Origin: Promethearchaeota archaeon
GTDB lineage: Archaea > Asgardarchaeota > Lokiarchaeia > Sigyniarchaeales > SOKP01
DNA: 64,000 nt
Direction of reading: 5' to 3'
Assembly (NCBI GenBank): GCA_048940445.1
Contig: JBHLON010000005.1
Location: forward strand, 32,001-96,000
This document shows positions 37,974 to 47,555 of the stretch, piece by piece. The notes beneath the pieces are model-generated. The model had not been told where the DNA came from. It worked only from the letters and a program-made list of their open reading frames with translations, and did no database searches. A program made the translations under genes and the position numbers. Position 1 is the first letter of the stretch. The number at the start of each line of letters is the position of its first letter.

Positions 37974-38645
37974 ATGAAATCATTGGAAGAAAGTTTAGAA
38001 TTAGATAGAAAGGAAACTTACAATGGTTCAGTATGGTTTCAGAAAAGAACACTCCGAATTGCCTTGGTAAGTTCTTTTACAGGATTAGCTGTAGTTTTAG
38101 GGTATGCATTAGCATATCTTCCTAATATTGAAGTATTTACAATGATGATATTTCTGGGAGGGTTTATATTAGGTAAAAGAGATGGGCTAATAATAGGCGT
38201 TTTGAGCTCATTAATTTTTGTAATTTTAAATCCTTATGGAGCATCACCACTTTTTCTTTTAAGTTATCAAATTTCTCATTATTCCTTAGTTGGGCTGATT
38301 GGTGGTGTTGTAAAGAATTATCTGAGTAAAAAGAATTATTTTAAACCAAAAAGAGATTTATACTTGTTTCAAATAATGTTCATTCTTGGTTGTATTGGAG
38401 CATTTATCACATTTTTTTATGATTTAATTAGTACGTTAATAGGAGCGTTTATAGTTACTTTTAGGTTTTCATCATTTCCCACAACTATGGAATTCTTCTC
38501 ACAACTACAAGTTTCTTACAATTTTTTTATTATATCTTATATTTATGGAATCCCTTTTACAGCTATTCACCTAATAGGAAATACACTTGAGTTTATATTT
38601 ATTTTACCTGGATTAATCAGCTTAATATATAAATTATTAAATTAG
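37974..38645 (+). CDS. ECF transporter S-component (possibly cobalamin, CbrT-like)
   Basis: IALVS.F.GLAVVL...LPNIE...G..LG...G; divergent from the DUF4430 gene. Confidence 0.72.
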   Translation: MKSLEESLELDRKETYNGSVWFQKRTLRIALVSSFTGLAVVLGYALAYLPNIEVFTMMIFLGGFILGKRDGLIIGVLSSLIFVILNPYGASPLFLLSYQISHYSLVGLIGGVVKNYLSKKNYFKPKRDLYLFQIMFILGCIGAFITFFYDLISTLIGAFIVTFRFSSFPTTMEFFSQLQVSYNFFIISYIYGIPFTAIHLIGNTLEFIFILPGLISLIYKLLN

Positions 38646-38679
38646 AATAACTTAAGTTTAAGATATTAAAAGTGGATAA

Positions 38680-39159
38680 TTATTCTGTTTGTGCTAGAAG
38701 GGTTACTTTTCCTCCTGCTGCTTCAATTTTTTCTATTGCTTGTTTTGAGGCTTTATTTACTGAAAGATTTATTTTTTTATTAATATCTCCACGACCTAAT
38801 ACCTTTTGAATATTAATATCGTTTAAATTAATGCTATACGTATTTCCAGATTTTATTGCAACCTTCTCTAGAACTAAATCATCAATTTTTAAATCTAAAT
38901 CTTTTACATTAAGAGCTTTTGTTTGATGAATACGGGTCATATCTTGAGGTCGTTTGAAACCCTTTGCTCCTATTTTCCATTCAGGATCAGGAAAACCAAG
39001 TTCTTTTTGTTTATAGTAATATGATTTCATACTTTTATTCCATTGAGTTGTTTTACCTCGGCCTGCCCTTTGTCCAGTTTTCCGATGTTGTCCAACTCGC
39101 CCAAATCCACATGTTCGAGTTCCTCTCTTTTTTCTTATTTTTCGGGGATATTTTCTCAT
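38680..39159 (-). CDS. rpl15: 50S ribosomal protein uL15
   Basis: RKKRGTRTCGFG..HR..G.RAGRG, KVLGRG, AIEKIEAAGG. Confidence 0.96.
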   Translation of the reverse strand: MRKYPRKIRKKRGTRTCGFGRVGQHRKTGQRAGRGKTTQWNKSMKSYYYKQKELGFPDPEWKIGAKGFKRPQDMTRIHQTKALNVKDLDLKIDDLVLEKVAIKSGNTYSINLNDINIQKVLGRGDINKKINLSVNKASKQAIEKIEAAGGKVTLLAQTE

Positions 39160-39171
39160 CTATAACACCTT

Positions 39172-39714
39172 TTAAATCATTTTATGAATTAATTCATTTA
39201 TATAATTTTTAACGTATCCTAAGCTACCACCTTCTCCATAATGGAGTTTTATAGAACCTCGATAACCTTTTTTAGGTGGATGTAAACGGAAAACTGGTTT
39301 GATTTTGTAGATATCTTTTTTTCTATATTGGATATCTCCTTTTAATAAAGCTTTAGCAAGTTCCTTTATACTTTTATATTCAGTTAAATTTTTGATATGT
39401 TCATCTGTAAGCGGTTTATTTCCTTCTACTTTTCCTCTTACTCTTAAAAGTCTAATTAATGTTTTTTCATCTATTTCACCAAAAGCAATATAATCTTTAC
39501 ATTTGTTCAGCATTCCTAAATAGCTTTTTTCTCCCCAAATAAGTACTCCATGGTTAACTTTAAACATTCTTAGCATTTTTAGAGTGTCTAAGATAGTTCT
39601 CTTCATTCCAGGAGCCCCTCTTATCCTAATTGCAAAATATAAGACAGGTGTAAATTCTTTTACTTTATGTTTTTTTTTAGTGATTGATTCATTGTCTGCT
39701 ATCATTTTAATCAT
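39172..39714 (-). CDS. rpl30: 50S ribosomal protein uL30
   Basis: AIRIRG, TLKMLR, FRLHPPKKG, INELIHKM. Confidence 0.95.
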   Translation of the reverse strand: MIKMIADNESITKKKHKVKEFTPVLYFAIRIRGAPGMKRTILDTLKMLRMFKVNHGVLIWGEKSYLGMLNKCKDYIAFGEIDEKTLIRLLRVRGKVEGNKPLTDEHIKNLTEYKSIKELAKALLKGDIQYRKKDIYKIKPVFRLHPPKKGYRGSIKLHYGEGGSLGYVKNYINELIHKMI

Positions 39715-39722
39715 TACTCTTG

Positions 39723-40337
39723 TTATACTTTAAAATTATATTTATGGGCATTTTTAAGGGCATTAAATGTCGCTTTTACAAGGTTTTCGCTTGTTCGCGT
39801 ATCACCATAAGTCTTACTCCAAATATCTTCGATACCCGCTAGTTTTAGTAATTGCTTTACCTTATCTGCTGATGCCAATCCCACTCCTGCAGGTGCAGGA
39901 ATCAATCGGATTCGCACTGAACCACATTTTCCATCAGTTTTAAATGGGATACTATGTATACCACCACAACCACATTCTTTACTCCCACATCCTCTAAGTA
40001 CAGGAATTACAGACAATTTTGCTTTATCTATTGCTTTTCTTATTGCAGGACCTACTTCACGTGATTTAGCTGAGCCAATTCCGATGAATCCATCGGCTCC
40101 TACCAATACAACAGCTTTAAATTTGGAACGTTGACCACTTGCACTCATTTGTTGAACCATTGATATTTTTACAACATCTTCACGTAATTGTGGAAGTAAT
40201 ATATCAATTATTTCCTTTTCTTTAACAACCAAATTATTCGCAAAAATTTTATCCAATGTAATTAATCCTTCTCGAACTAATTCTCCCAAACGAGTTCTGG
40301 GTACCCAGGTTTCTTCAATATTCCTCAAACGACTCAT
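39723..40337 (-). CDS. rps5: 30S ribosomal protein uS5
   Basis: WVPRTRLG, HSIPFK..GKCGSVRIRLIPAPAGVGL, KATFNAL. Confidence 0.97.
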   Translation of the reverse strand: MSRLRNIEETWVPRTRLGELVREGLITLDKIFANNLVVKEKEIIDILLPQLREDVVKISMVQQMSASGQRSKFKAVVLVGADGFIGIGSAKSREVGPAIRKAIDKAKLSVIPVLRGCGSKECGCGGIHSIPFKTDGKCGSVRIRLIPAPAGVGLASADKVKQLLKLAGIEDIWSKTYGDTRTSENLVKATFNALKNAHKYNFKV

Positions 40338-40351
40338 ACAACTTCACATCC

Positions 40352-40945
40352 TTAAGGTTTACTTTTAATAGATTTCAACGTAGCTGAAAACATTTGATTA
40401 ATCTTTAGTGGATTTATTTTATTACTATTTAAGTATCCTGAAAATATTTTTTCATACTTTTCAGGATTTTCATCTTTTAACATCTTAGCATATTTTTCAA
40501 TATGTAAACCTTCTATTCTTTCTTGAAGATTTTCTGGAAAGAATCCTTCACTATAAGGAATCTCTAAACCAGCATCTATTACTCCTTTGGACGCTGCTAT
40601 CAACCTATTGCGATGATATAAGATCCCCAAATCTAAGATGGCTTTTGATATATTTTGCTTTTTTGCTCTTAAACCAAGGAGATAACCGGTTAAATAAGCT
40701 GTAGGTATATTACCAGTATTTGCCTTCCAACCATACTTATTCGTTAACTCTTTAGAAAAAGCTGAAGAGAGAATTTTATCTCCTCCAAGTTTAGATTGAA
40801 CAGCTTGAACTAGTATATGATTATTTGATGCTCTAGCTACAATCCGTAATTGATTTGATTTTAGAAATTTCAATCTTCTATGATAGTTTGTTTTACCTAT
40901 CAATCTTCTTCTAAATGGTCGTTTATACTTTGGCCCTTTTGTCAT
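40352..40945 (-). CDS. rpl18: 50S ribosomal protein uL18
   Basis: GPKYKRPFRRR..GKTNY, NIPTAYLTG, KGVIDAGLEIP. Confidence 0.96.
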   Translation of the reverse strand: MTKGPKYKRPFRRRLIGKTNYHRRLKFLKSNQLRIVARASNNHILVQAVQSKLGGDKILSSAFSKELTNKYGWKANTGNIPTAYLTGYLLGLRAKKQNISKAILDLGILYHRNRLIAASKGVIDAGLEIPYSEGFFPENLQERIEGLHIEKYAKMLKDENPEKYEKIFSGYLNSNKINPLKINQMFSATLKSIKSKP

Positions 40946-40947
40946 TT

Positions 40948-41403
40948 TTACCTTCCTCTCCTTAGTAATTCTTTTTCTCTGATATATCGATTCATTTGAG
41001 CTACACTCGCAAACATTCCTCCTTTAGCATTTTTATATAATCTCCGATAGTTACTAGCAGTAATTAATTTTCTATTTCTTAACTTCTTTAATTCCCTTCT
41101 CTGAGGTCTTATTCTTCTTATCCAATCTCTTTTCTTGGGGGTTCTAGCAGTTTTTTTACCTTTTCTTTTTCCTAAACCTCTTGCTCTTCCTTTTTTCTTC
41201 CTTTGATGATGTAATTTCTTGCGATAATTTGAAATTCCTTTTTTATATTTCTTTTGTATTATACCATCTTTGATTAAACTTCGTATATCCTCTCTAGTTA
41301 TAGCTAATTGAATATCATCTATTAAATAGGGGTCAAAATATACTCGATTCTCACCACACTTTAATATTTCTGCCGCCATTCTTTTTTGGGCCTTTAAACT
41401 CAT
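40948..41403 (-). CDS. rpl19e: 50S ribosomal protein eL19
   Basis: LKAQKRMAAEILKCGENRV, AITREDIR, YKNAKGG. Confidence 0.97.
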   Translation of the reverse strand: MSLKAQKRMAAEILKCGENRVYFDPYLIDDIQLAITREDIRSLIKDGIIQKKYKKGISNYRKKLHHQRKKKGRARGLGKRKGKKTARTPKKRDWIRRIRPQRRELKKLRNRKLITASNYRRLYKNAKGGMFASVAQMNRYIREKELLRRGR

Positions 41404-41423
41404 AATTTCACACCTATATAAAA

Positions 41424-41903
41424 TTAATTTTCATCTAATGATTCTTCCAGATCATCTATATCAACTTCTTCCATATCTTTAAGAGGACTCTCTAGTAATG
41501 ATTCAAATCGTTCTAATTCTTTTTGAGCAATTCCTAAATTAAGTATTTTAAATCCTCTACTCTGAGCATAATCAACTAAAGCAATTCTCTTCTTAGCACC
41601 TAATTTTCCTGAAAATTTTATCGCATGCTTTTTATTATTCAATCCATTAAAATCTTTTAAATTAAAAACTCTTATTTCCTCATATCCAGAGGGATGGTAT
41701 CCTCTCACTTTCCTAGGACTTCTATAACCAACAGTTGGGGATTTTACACCACTTTTTTCTTTTTTTCTTGTCTGTGAATCAATTCCTCTGGCTTTTCTCC
41801 ATGAATCTTTCAATTTTTTATATCTCCATGATTCAACACGCCTAAATGATGGTCTTTTCTTTTTTAATCTCTCTCTTATTTGAAATAATCTTTCTTTTTC
41901 CAT
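41424..41903 (-). CDS. rpl32e: 50S ribosomal protein eL32
   Basis: KRPSFRR, WRKARGIDS, GYRSP..VRGYHPSG. Confidence 0.96.
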   Translation of the reverse strand: MEKERLFQIRERLKKKRPSFRRVESWRYKKLKDSWRKARGIDSQTRKKEKSGVKSPTVGYRSPRKVRGYHPSGYEEIRVFNLKDFNGLNNKKHAIKFSGKLGAKKRIALVDYAQSRGFKILNLGIAQKELERFESLLESPLKDMEEVDIDDLEESLDEN

Positions 41904-41917
41904 TTCTTTTCACTTTC

Positions 41918-42496
41918 TTATCTTATTTGCCAGAGAATTTCTTCTCCTAATTTAATTTTATAGAGATAAATTCCATCTTGAAACACCCGAGGATCCTTCT
42001 TCTTAATTCTACAACACTTTTTAAGATTTGCTGCTGTTTGTCCTAATTTTTCCTTATCTGGTCCTATTAAGATAATATCATCACCTTCAATCTTTACTTC
42101 TACATTATCAAGGTATTTCGCTATCCTTGGGGCTCTTTCACCTAAAAAGTTAATAACATGAATTTCTTTTTTGTTTGGTTTGACTTCTGCATTAAATGGA
42201 AAATGAGAATATGCCATTTTACAGAAATACTCGTAATTAGTTAGAACTCCAGTTATAATACTCTTAATGATGTTATATATGGTATTAGTTAAAGCAAGTG
42301 TACCGCTTTTGGGAAAGTAGGTTGAAAATATTATATTTTGGCCCTCAATTAAGACTTTAACACCCCTAATATGGGAAAAATCTTTTGTAATTTCTCCATT
42401 CGGTCCATTTACGATTATATGTTGATCATCCCCTAATGTAACTTTCACATTTTTGGGAATCTCTAATTCTTGCTTAAAAAATGCTGTCTTTACCAT
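41918..42496 (-). CDS. rpl6: 50S ribosomal protein uL6
   Basis: YSHFP, NFLGERAPR, GQTAAN, KDPRVFQDGIY. Confidence 0.97.
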   Translation of the reverse strand: MVKTAFFKQELEIPKNVKVTLGDDQHIIVNGPNGEITKDFSHIRGVKVLIEGQNIIFSTYFPKSGTLALTNTIYNIIKSIITGVLTNYEYFCKMAYSHFPFNAEVKPNKKEIHVINFLGERAPRIAKYLDNVEVKIEGDDIILIGPDKEKLGQTAANLKKCCRIKKKDPRVFQDGIYLYKIKLGEEILWQIR

Positions 42497-42517
42497 TATG
42501 AACTACCTTTGATCCAT

Positions 42518-42901
42518 TTAATAAATATAACATAAAGTCACACCACCAATATTTTTCTCTTCTGCTTCCTTCATAGTAATTATACCTTGATTTGTGGTCA
42601 TAATTATTAGTCCTAGTCCTGGTGCCGGTAAAAGTTTCCTTTCAAGCATTTCAAATTGAGACATTTTGTAATTAAGTCTTAATAGTCCCTTCGCTTCATT
42701 TATTTTACCTAATAATGCTATCCTAAATTTTCCATGACGTCCATCATCATATCGTTCGAATTCCCCAATATATGCATTTTTTTGGAGGATTAATAATATT
42801 TTTTGTATTAATTTTGATGCTGGACTTATAACTACTTCTTTCTTTCTTGCTCTTTCAGCATTACGTATCATATTCATTGCATCTGCGATTGTATTTACCA
42901 A
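42518..42901 (-). CDS. rps8: 30S ribosomal protein uS8
   Basis: ADAM..IRNAE, PASKL, YIGEFE..DDGR.G, LLPA, GG..LCYIY. Confidence 0.96.
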   Translation of the reverse strand: MVNTIADAMNMIRNAERARKKEVVISPASKLIQKILLILQKNAYIGEFERYDDGRHGKFRIALLGKINEAKGLLRLNYKMSQFEMLERKLLPAPGLGLIIMTTNQGIITMKEAEEKNIGGVTLCYIY

Positions 42902-42922
42902 TTTTTACACCTCTTTTTAAAT

Positions 42923-43078
42923 CTAATCAAATCTTTTAAATCCTATAGCTTTACCAATCTCATAAAAACATCTTCTACATATATATAAACCATATCGCCT
43001 AATTATTCCTCTGTGAGTCCCACATCTTCTGCAGGTTCGGGTTCCTTTACCAATTTTACCTTGAGGCACTTGTATCAT
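42923..43078 (-). CDS. rps14: 30S ribosomal protein uS14 (Zn-type), absent from ORF track
   Basis: MIQVPQGKIGKGTRTCRRCGTHRGIIRRYGLYICRRCFYEIGKAIGFKRFD; between uL5 and uS8. Confidence 0.96.
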   Translation of the reverse strand: MIQVPQGKIGKGTRTCRRCGTHRGIIRRYGLYICRRCFYEIGKAIGFKRFD

Positions 43079-43100
43079 CTACTTTTTATTTTAACCATAT

Positions 43101-43706
43101 TTACATAAATTCTAAATCTAAACGTTCTACAATTTCCACTCCAAAATTTTTTTCTAGGAAATATTGAGTTTCTGTTTTAGAAACATAATGATGCTTTGGA
43201 ATTTTGCCTTTTGTTTGCCTTCTAAATTTAATTCTCATACCAGGTCTTGTAATTCGTCCAACTACATCTAAACCCCAGATTCCTATTAAATTATCATATT
43301 CAATACCTGGTATCGATATATGTTCAGTTATTCCAAAACCAAAATTACCATAATTATCAAAACTCTTACGCAGAATTTTATTATTATTTACAATTAATAG
43401 TCTTTTGAGTAATTTCTCAGCTTCACTACCCCTTATCGTAACCATTGTTCCAATAGGTCTTCCTTTCCTTAAATTAAATTCTTTTATATTTTTTTTTGAT
43501 AAAGTTTTTACTGGTTTTCTGCCAGTAATGGTCTCTAAGACTTTTATTGCTCTTTCTAACTCTTCTCCACCACTACCAACACCAATATTCAATATAACTT
43601 TCTCTAAAAATGGACGCTTCATTGGATTCTCCCACATTTTCTCAAACTGTTCAGTTACTTCTTTTGGGGTCCTTTTTCTGGTTTTTACTGACATTTTAAT
43701 TATCAT
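43101..43706 (-). CDS. rpl5: 50S ribosomal protein uL5
   Basis: NPM....EKVILNIGVG, SFDNYGNFGFGITEHI, GIWGLD. Confidence 0.97.
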   Translation of the reverse strand: MIIKMSVKTRKRTPKEVTEQFEKMWENPMKRPFLEKVILNIGVGSGGEELERAIKVLETITGRKPVKTLSKKNIKEFNLRKGRPIGTMVTIRGSEAEKLLKRLLIVNNNKILRKSFDNYGNFGFGITEHISIPGIEYDNLIGIWGLDVVGRITRPGMRIKFRRQTKGKIPKHHYVSKTETQYFLEKNFGVEIVERLDLEFM

Positions 43707-43718
43707 CTCTTCTTATAA

Positions 43719-44474
43719 TTAACTTTGAGTTTCGGGGAGACTAATTTCAGGCTTATCTTCTCCAATAACGAAAGTATAATCATACAGAGTTTCGGTGTGT
43801 TCAGAATTGTGTTGGATCGAAACCGTGCTGGCTTTTGGCCCATATCGTTTTAAAATGGAGATAATTTTACCCACCTGCCCAATATTTTTACCTGCCATTA
43901 TAACGGCTAGATTACCTTCTTTAAATCTAATAACTTTCTCAATTTGTTGTTCTGGCAATGTGATCTTCAAAACATCCATCCTTTTATATATGTCATCTTT
44001 AGGATTTTGGGGATCTTTTATTTGAATTAAAATGTTTCTTCCATCGTGCAAATTTAATTGAAGGTTTCCACCTTTAACAGTGGTTTTTTGATTTATTCTA
44101 CATAATTTATAATTACTCTCTTTCTCAGAAATTTCATGAAGGATTAAACCGTAGTGAGAATCTGGAAGTATCCGGTAATATTTATTCATTTTCTCAATAG
44201 TTAATACATCCATCAATCCAACAGGAAATGCTTTATCTTTGACTGTTTTCCCATCTACTTTGATGTACCCAAGGCCTATTAATTTTTTCGCTTCTCTATG
44301 AAAATTTACAATCTTAAGATTGTCTCTTATAATATGAAGTAGTGGTAAGCAAAATCGGTTTGGATGTGGTCCTGGAGAAGCCTTTATGAAGAACTTACCA
44401 TGTTTCCTTTTAATTTGTAAAAATTTAGGAGTATTAAGTCTTTTTAATATTTTTTTCCCTCCATGTTGGGTCAT
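43719..44474 (-). CDS. rps4e: 30S ribosomal protein eS4
   Basis: LKRL..P, SPGPH, FPVGLMDV, QLNLHDGRN, GKNIG. Confidence 0.97.
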   Translation of the reverse strand: MTQHGGKKILKRLNTPKFLQIKRKHGKFFIKASPGPHPNRFCLPLLHIIRDNLKIVNFHREAKKLIGLGYIKVDGKTVKDKAFPVGLMDVLTIEKMNKYYRILPDSHYGLILHEISEKESNYKLCRINQKTTVKGGNLQLNLHDGRNILIQIKDPQNPKDDIYKRMDVLKITLPEQQIEKVIRFKEGNLAVIMAGKNIGQVGKIISILKRYGPKASTVSIQHNSEHTETLYDYTFVIGEDKPEISLPETQS

Positions 44475-44914
44475 TTATACTCCTCCTCTTTCAATTTTTT
44501 CGGAGCAACCAATTCTTCTTCACTAAATACATACACGGCCTTTCTTTCAATCATACTGGCTCTCCATGGATCTAATTTCTTTTCTTTACCCAATTTTGTC
44601 AATACAAGTTTAGAAATGTGAATTGAAGGGTTAAATTGAGTTCCGTCTGCTTTTTCAAATTGACATTCTTTGATCTTCGCTCTTTGATTTTTCGTAATTT
44701 CCAGAACTTCACCTTCGAAATCTTTGAACTCTCCCTTGCATACTTTTACTTGATCACCAACTCTTAATGGGAGTCTTTTGATCCCATATTCGTCTCTAAG
44801 AAAATCTGCTACTTTAGTTGATAATAATTTAGCTCTTTGGTGAACTTTGTAATTAAACAATGCTTTTCTTTGTTTTCCTGGTTTTTTTGAAGTAATTTTC
44901 ATACTCATTCTCAC
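44471..44914 (-). CDS. rpl24: 50S ribosomal protein uL24
   Basis: SKKPGKQRK, LRVGDQVKVCKGEFK, KADGT, IHISK. Confidence 0.95.
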   Translation of the reverse strand: MRMSMKITSKKPGKQRKALFNYKVHQRAKLLSTKVADFLRDEYGIKRLPLRVGDQVKVCKGEFKDFEGEVLEITKNQRAKIKECQFEKADGTQFNPSIHISKLVLTKLGKEKKLDPWRASMIERKAVYVFSEEELVAPKKLKEEEYK

Positions 44915-44919
44915 TTTTT

Positions 44920-45345
44920 TTAAATTATTAAAGATGAGATAGACGCTAGGCGAGGAAACAATTCAGCTGCTTCCCTTGCAATTGGTCCTCGAATTTCTGT
45001 TCCTTTAGGGTCTCCTTCTTTACTTATTATCACTCCAGCATTATCTTCAAAACATACACGTGTTCCGTCTAATCTTTTATAGATCTTCTTCTGCCGAACA
45101 ATTACTGCTTTCATAATGTTTCCTCGCATATCTGGCCGTCCTTTTTTTATTGCTACTGAACAGACTGATCCTACCGTTGCTTTAGGTAATCGCCTTAGCC
45201 TCGTCTTTGTATGATCAACATTAATTATCTCGGCAATTTTTGCTCCAGAATTATCTGTAATAAAAATCCTTGAAGAATTTTGAAGTCCATAGCTAGTTCT
45301 AGGTTTTACCATTTTCTTCCTTCCTGTCTTTCTTCTTGTTCCCAT
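44920..45345 (-). CDS. rpl14: 50S ribosomal protein uL14
   Basis: DNSGAK, AVIVRQ, FEDNAGV, PKGTEIRGPIAREAA. Confidence 0.97.
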   Translation of the reverse strand: MGTRRKTGRKKMVKPRTSYGLQNSSRIFITDNSGAKIAEIINVDHTKTRLRRLPKATVGSVCSVAIKKGRPDMRGNIMKAVIVRQKKIYKRLDGTRVCFEDNAGVIISKEGDPKGTEIRGPIAREAAELFPRLASISSLII

Positions 45346-45696
45346 CTACATCTCCTCACGTGATAGTTTATCTAATACAATAAATGCTTTCATCTTAGAG
45401 ATTTTTCTACTCTCACCTACTCGCACTAAATCTCCTAATTTAATTTCATTCTTTAAACAATCTGGTAAATGACACGCAAGACGTGTGTTACGTCTTTCAT
45501 ATCGTTGATATTTTTTAACGAAATGAAGATAATCTCTTTTAATTATTATACTATTCCTGGATTTTTTACTTACAACTATTCCACTTGTTATTTTGCCTCG
45601 AATTCTTGTAGTCCCATGAAATGGACAATATTTATCATTACATTCCTTTGTTTTAGGGGGTGTTACTCCAGGAATACCAATGTTTCGAATACTCAT
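45346..45696 (-). CDS. rps17: 30S ribosomal protein uS17
   Basis: CND..CPFHG, KKYQRYERR, GDLVRVGESRKISK. Confidence 0.96.
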   Translation of the reverse strand: MSIRNIGIPGVTPPKTKECNDKYCPFHGTTRIRGKITSGIVVSKKSRNSIIIKRDYLHFVKKYQRYERRNTRLACHLPDCLKNEIKLGDLVRVGESRKISKMKAFIVLDKLSREEM

Positions 45697-45697
45697 T

Positions 45698-45991
45698 TTA
45701 CTTTTTCATCCACTTTTTCTTTTTTAAGCTTCTTAATCTATTTTCTGGAATTCCAACAATCTTGGAACCATCAACTTCTAATAAATCTTTATTTAACTTG
45801 AATCTGAAAATATAATCCTTTTTTATATATTTTTTAATTTGATTTATTTTTTCGATTATTAACATATTACTCGACTCGTCTATTATAATACCCAGATATT
45901 TGAAATCTGAGCCTCTATTTTTTGATTTTAATTTTGCACAAGTGTGGAATCCAATTAAATCATGATAGATTATATATTTAGGACTAATCAT
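45698..45991 (-). CDS. rnp1: RNase P protein subunit Rpp29 (POP4)
   Basis: HDLIG, GIIIDES.NML, VDGSKIVGIPENRL; conserved position between uL29 and uS17. Confidence 0.88.
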   Translation of the reverse strand: MISPKYIIYHDLIGFHTCAKLKSKNRGSDFKYLGIIIDESSNMLIIEKINQIKKYIKKDYIFRFKLNKDLLEVDGSKIVGIPENRLRSLKKKKWMKK

Positions 45992-45992
45992 C

Positions 45993-46211
45993 TTATCCTT
46001 TCAATCTCTCTTCATTTTTAACGGTTAAAATTCTAGCAATTTGCTTTCTTAATAGCTTTGCTTTTGCAGGATTATCAGCGATGCCACCACCAGTTTGTTG
46101 ACTATATAACATCATTAATTCTTCTTTTAATGTAATAAGAGTCCTTTCTCTCTCTCTTTCGTCCATCTGTCTAACTTTTTCAGCAGTTATAATTTCTGGC
46201 ATTTTTTTCAC
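45993..46211 (-). CDS. rpl29: 50S ribosomal protein uL29
   Basis: L..EL, GG..DNP.K...LRKQIARILTV. Confidence 0.93.
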   Translation of the reverse strand: MKKMPEIITAEKVRQMDERERERTLITLKEELMMLYSQQTGGGIADNPAKAKLLRKQIARILTVKNEERLKG

Positions 46212-46225
46212 TTAACCTATATTTT

Positions 46226-47017
46226 CTATTTTTTACTTGGTTCAATAGATACTTCTGATACATCTTCCTCATCTACTTCATCCAGTAAATCTTTTTCTTC
46301 TTCACTTAATTCAGCTTCTTCTTCAGTTACTTCATATTCTTTTTCTGCTATTTTTTCTACTCTGGTCTTTTTTTCAGTTGCTTTTGCCTTTGCCTGGGCT
46401 TTAGCCAATTCGGCCTCAAATATTTTTATATCATCTCCCATCTTTGTATCTGCTTTCATGATTTTAACAATAACACCAAGTACTCCACTTTTCTGAATAC
46501 ATTGAGCAACTCCCTTATCTACTCCAGTTTCCGCAGGTTGCCCAGATTTTGTCATTGTTCCTGCTCGAAATATCTGTGAACGTGCTCTCTGTGAAGTCAC
46601 CTTTCCTGCTACTCGAATCTCTACTCCTTTTGCTCCTGCATCCATCACCTTTCTTAATATATAATACCCTGCTCTACGATAATGTCTACCTCTGTCAAGA
46701 CTATATGCTAACCTTTCAGCCATAATCTGAGCGTCTAAATCTGGGTTCTGGACTTCCTCAACCTCTATCTGGGGCATTTCCAAGCCATACTGTTCTTGTA
46801 AGATGTCTGTGATTTCTTGAATTCTCTTTCCACCTTTTCCAATCACTAAACCCGGACGTGAAGTCTTTAGTGTTATTCTTACTCCTAAAGGTGTTTTTTG
46901 GATATCTACTCCAGCAAATCCAGCTCGTACAAGCTCAGATCGTAAAAATTCATTTATTTGCATCATCTTGACGCCTTGTTCAATAAAATGACGGGATAAG
47001 GGACTCATTCTTTTCAC
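46226..47017 (-). CDS. rps3: 30S ribosomal protein uS3 with acidic C-terminal tail
   Basis: RAGFAG, KTPLG, RPGLVIGKGG, GAKGVEI.VAGK, GVLGVIVKIM. Confidence 0.97.
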   Translation of the reverse strand: MKRMSPLSRHFIEQGVKMMQINEFLRSELVRAGFAGVDIQKTPLGVRITLKTSRPGLVIGKGGKRIQEITDILQEQYGLEMPQIEVEEVQNPDLDAQIMAERLAYSLDRGRHYRRAGYYILRKVMDAGAKGVEIRVAGKVTSQRARSQIFRAGTMTKSGQPAETGVDKGVAQCIQKSGVLGVIVKIMKADTKMGDDIKIFEAELAKAQAKAKATEKKTRVEKIAEKEYEVTEEEAELSEEEKDLLDEVDEEDVSEVSIEPSKK

Positions 47018-47041
47018 TCATAAATTTTTATTATTTTATAC

Positions 47042-47521
47042 CTAACTTGGAAATTCATATACTACAATTTCAATATGCGATAGACGTCTGTATTTTGCAC
47101 TTGATCGGCCATGAGCACGTTGGATATACCTTTTAATAGTTCTTCCCTGATGTGTTGCTGCATGAATTATTCGACAGGCTTCAATGTCCAATCCTTTGTA
47201 TTCTGCATTTGATTCAGCAGCAGATAATACTTCATAAATTCGAGCAGCTGCTTTTTGTGGATATCTTCCTGCATACCATTTAAATTGTTTTAAATCTTTG
47301 CGATGAGCTTGCTTTTTTTTATATCTTCTGAATGGTACCGACTGTTTTAATTGAATAACTTTTTCTAAATATGATTTAGCATTGTCAATTTTCATACCTT
47401 TAATTACAGCACAAATTTCTCTTGCATGCTTTGGTTTAATTCTTAAATCTCTCCCAGATGCCCTTGCTAATCTTTCAGCATCATACTTTTGTTCTATAAA
47501 TGAATAATTCCAGGTAGGCAT
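47042..47521 (-). CDS. rpl22: 50S ribosomal protein uL22
   Basis: KHAREIC..IKG, VPFRRY, GRYPQKAA, RAHGRSS, HIEIV. Confidence 0.97.
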   Translation of the reverse strand: MPTWNYSFIEQKYDAERLARASGRDLRIKPKHAREICAVIKGMKIDNAKSYLEKVIQLKQSVPFRRYKKKQAHRKDLKQFKWYAGRYPQKAAARIYEVLSAAESNAEYKGLDIEACRIIHAATHQGRTIKRYIQRAHGRSSAKYRRLSHIEIVVYEFPS

Positions 47522-47555
47522 TTTCTATATCTCTCTTTTTGAAAATAATTCAACA

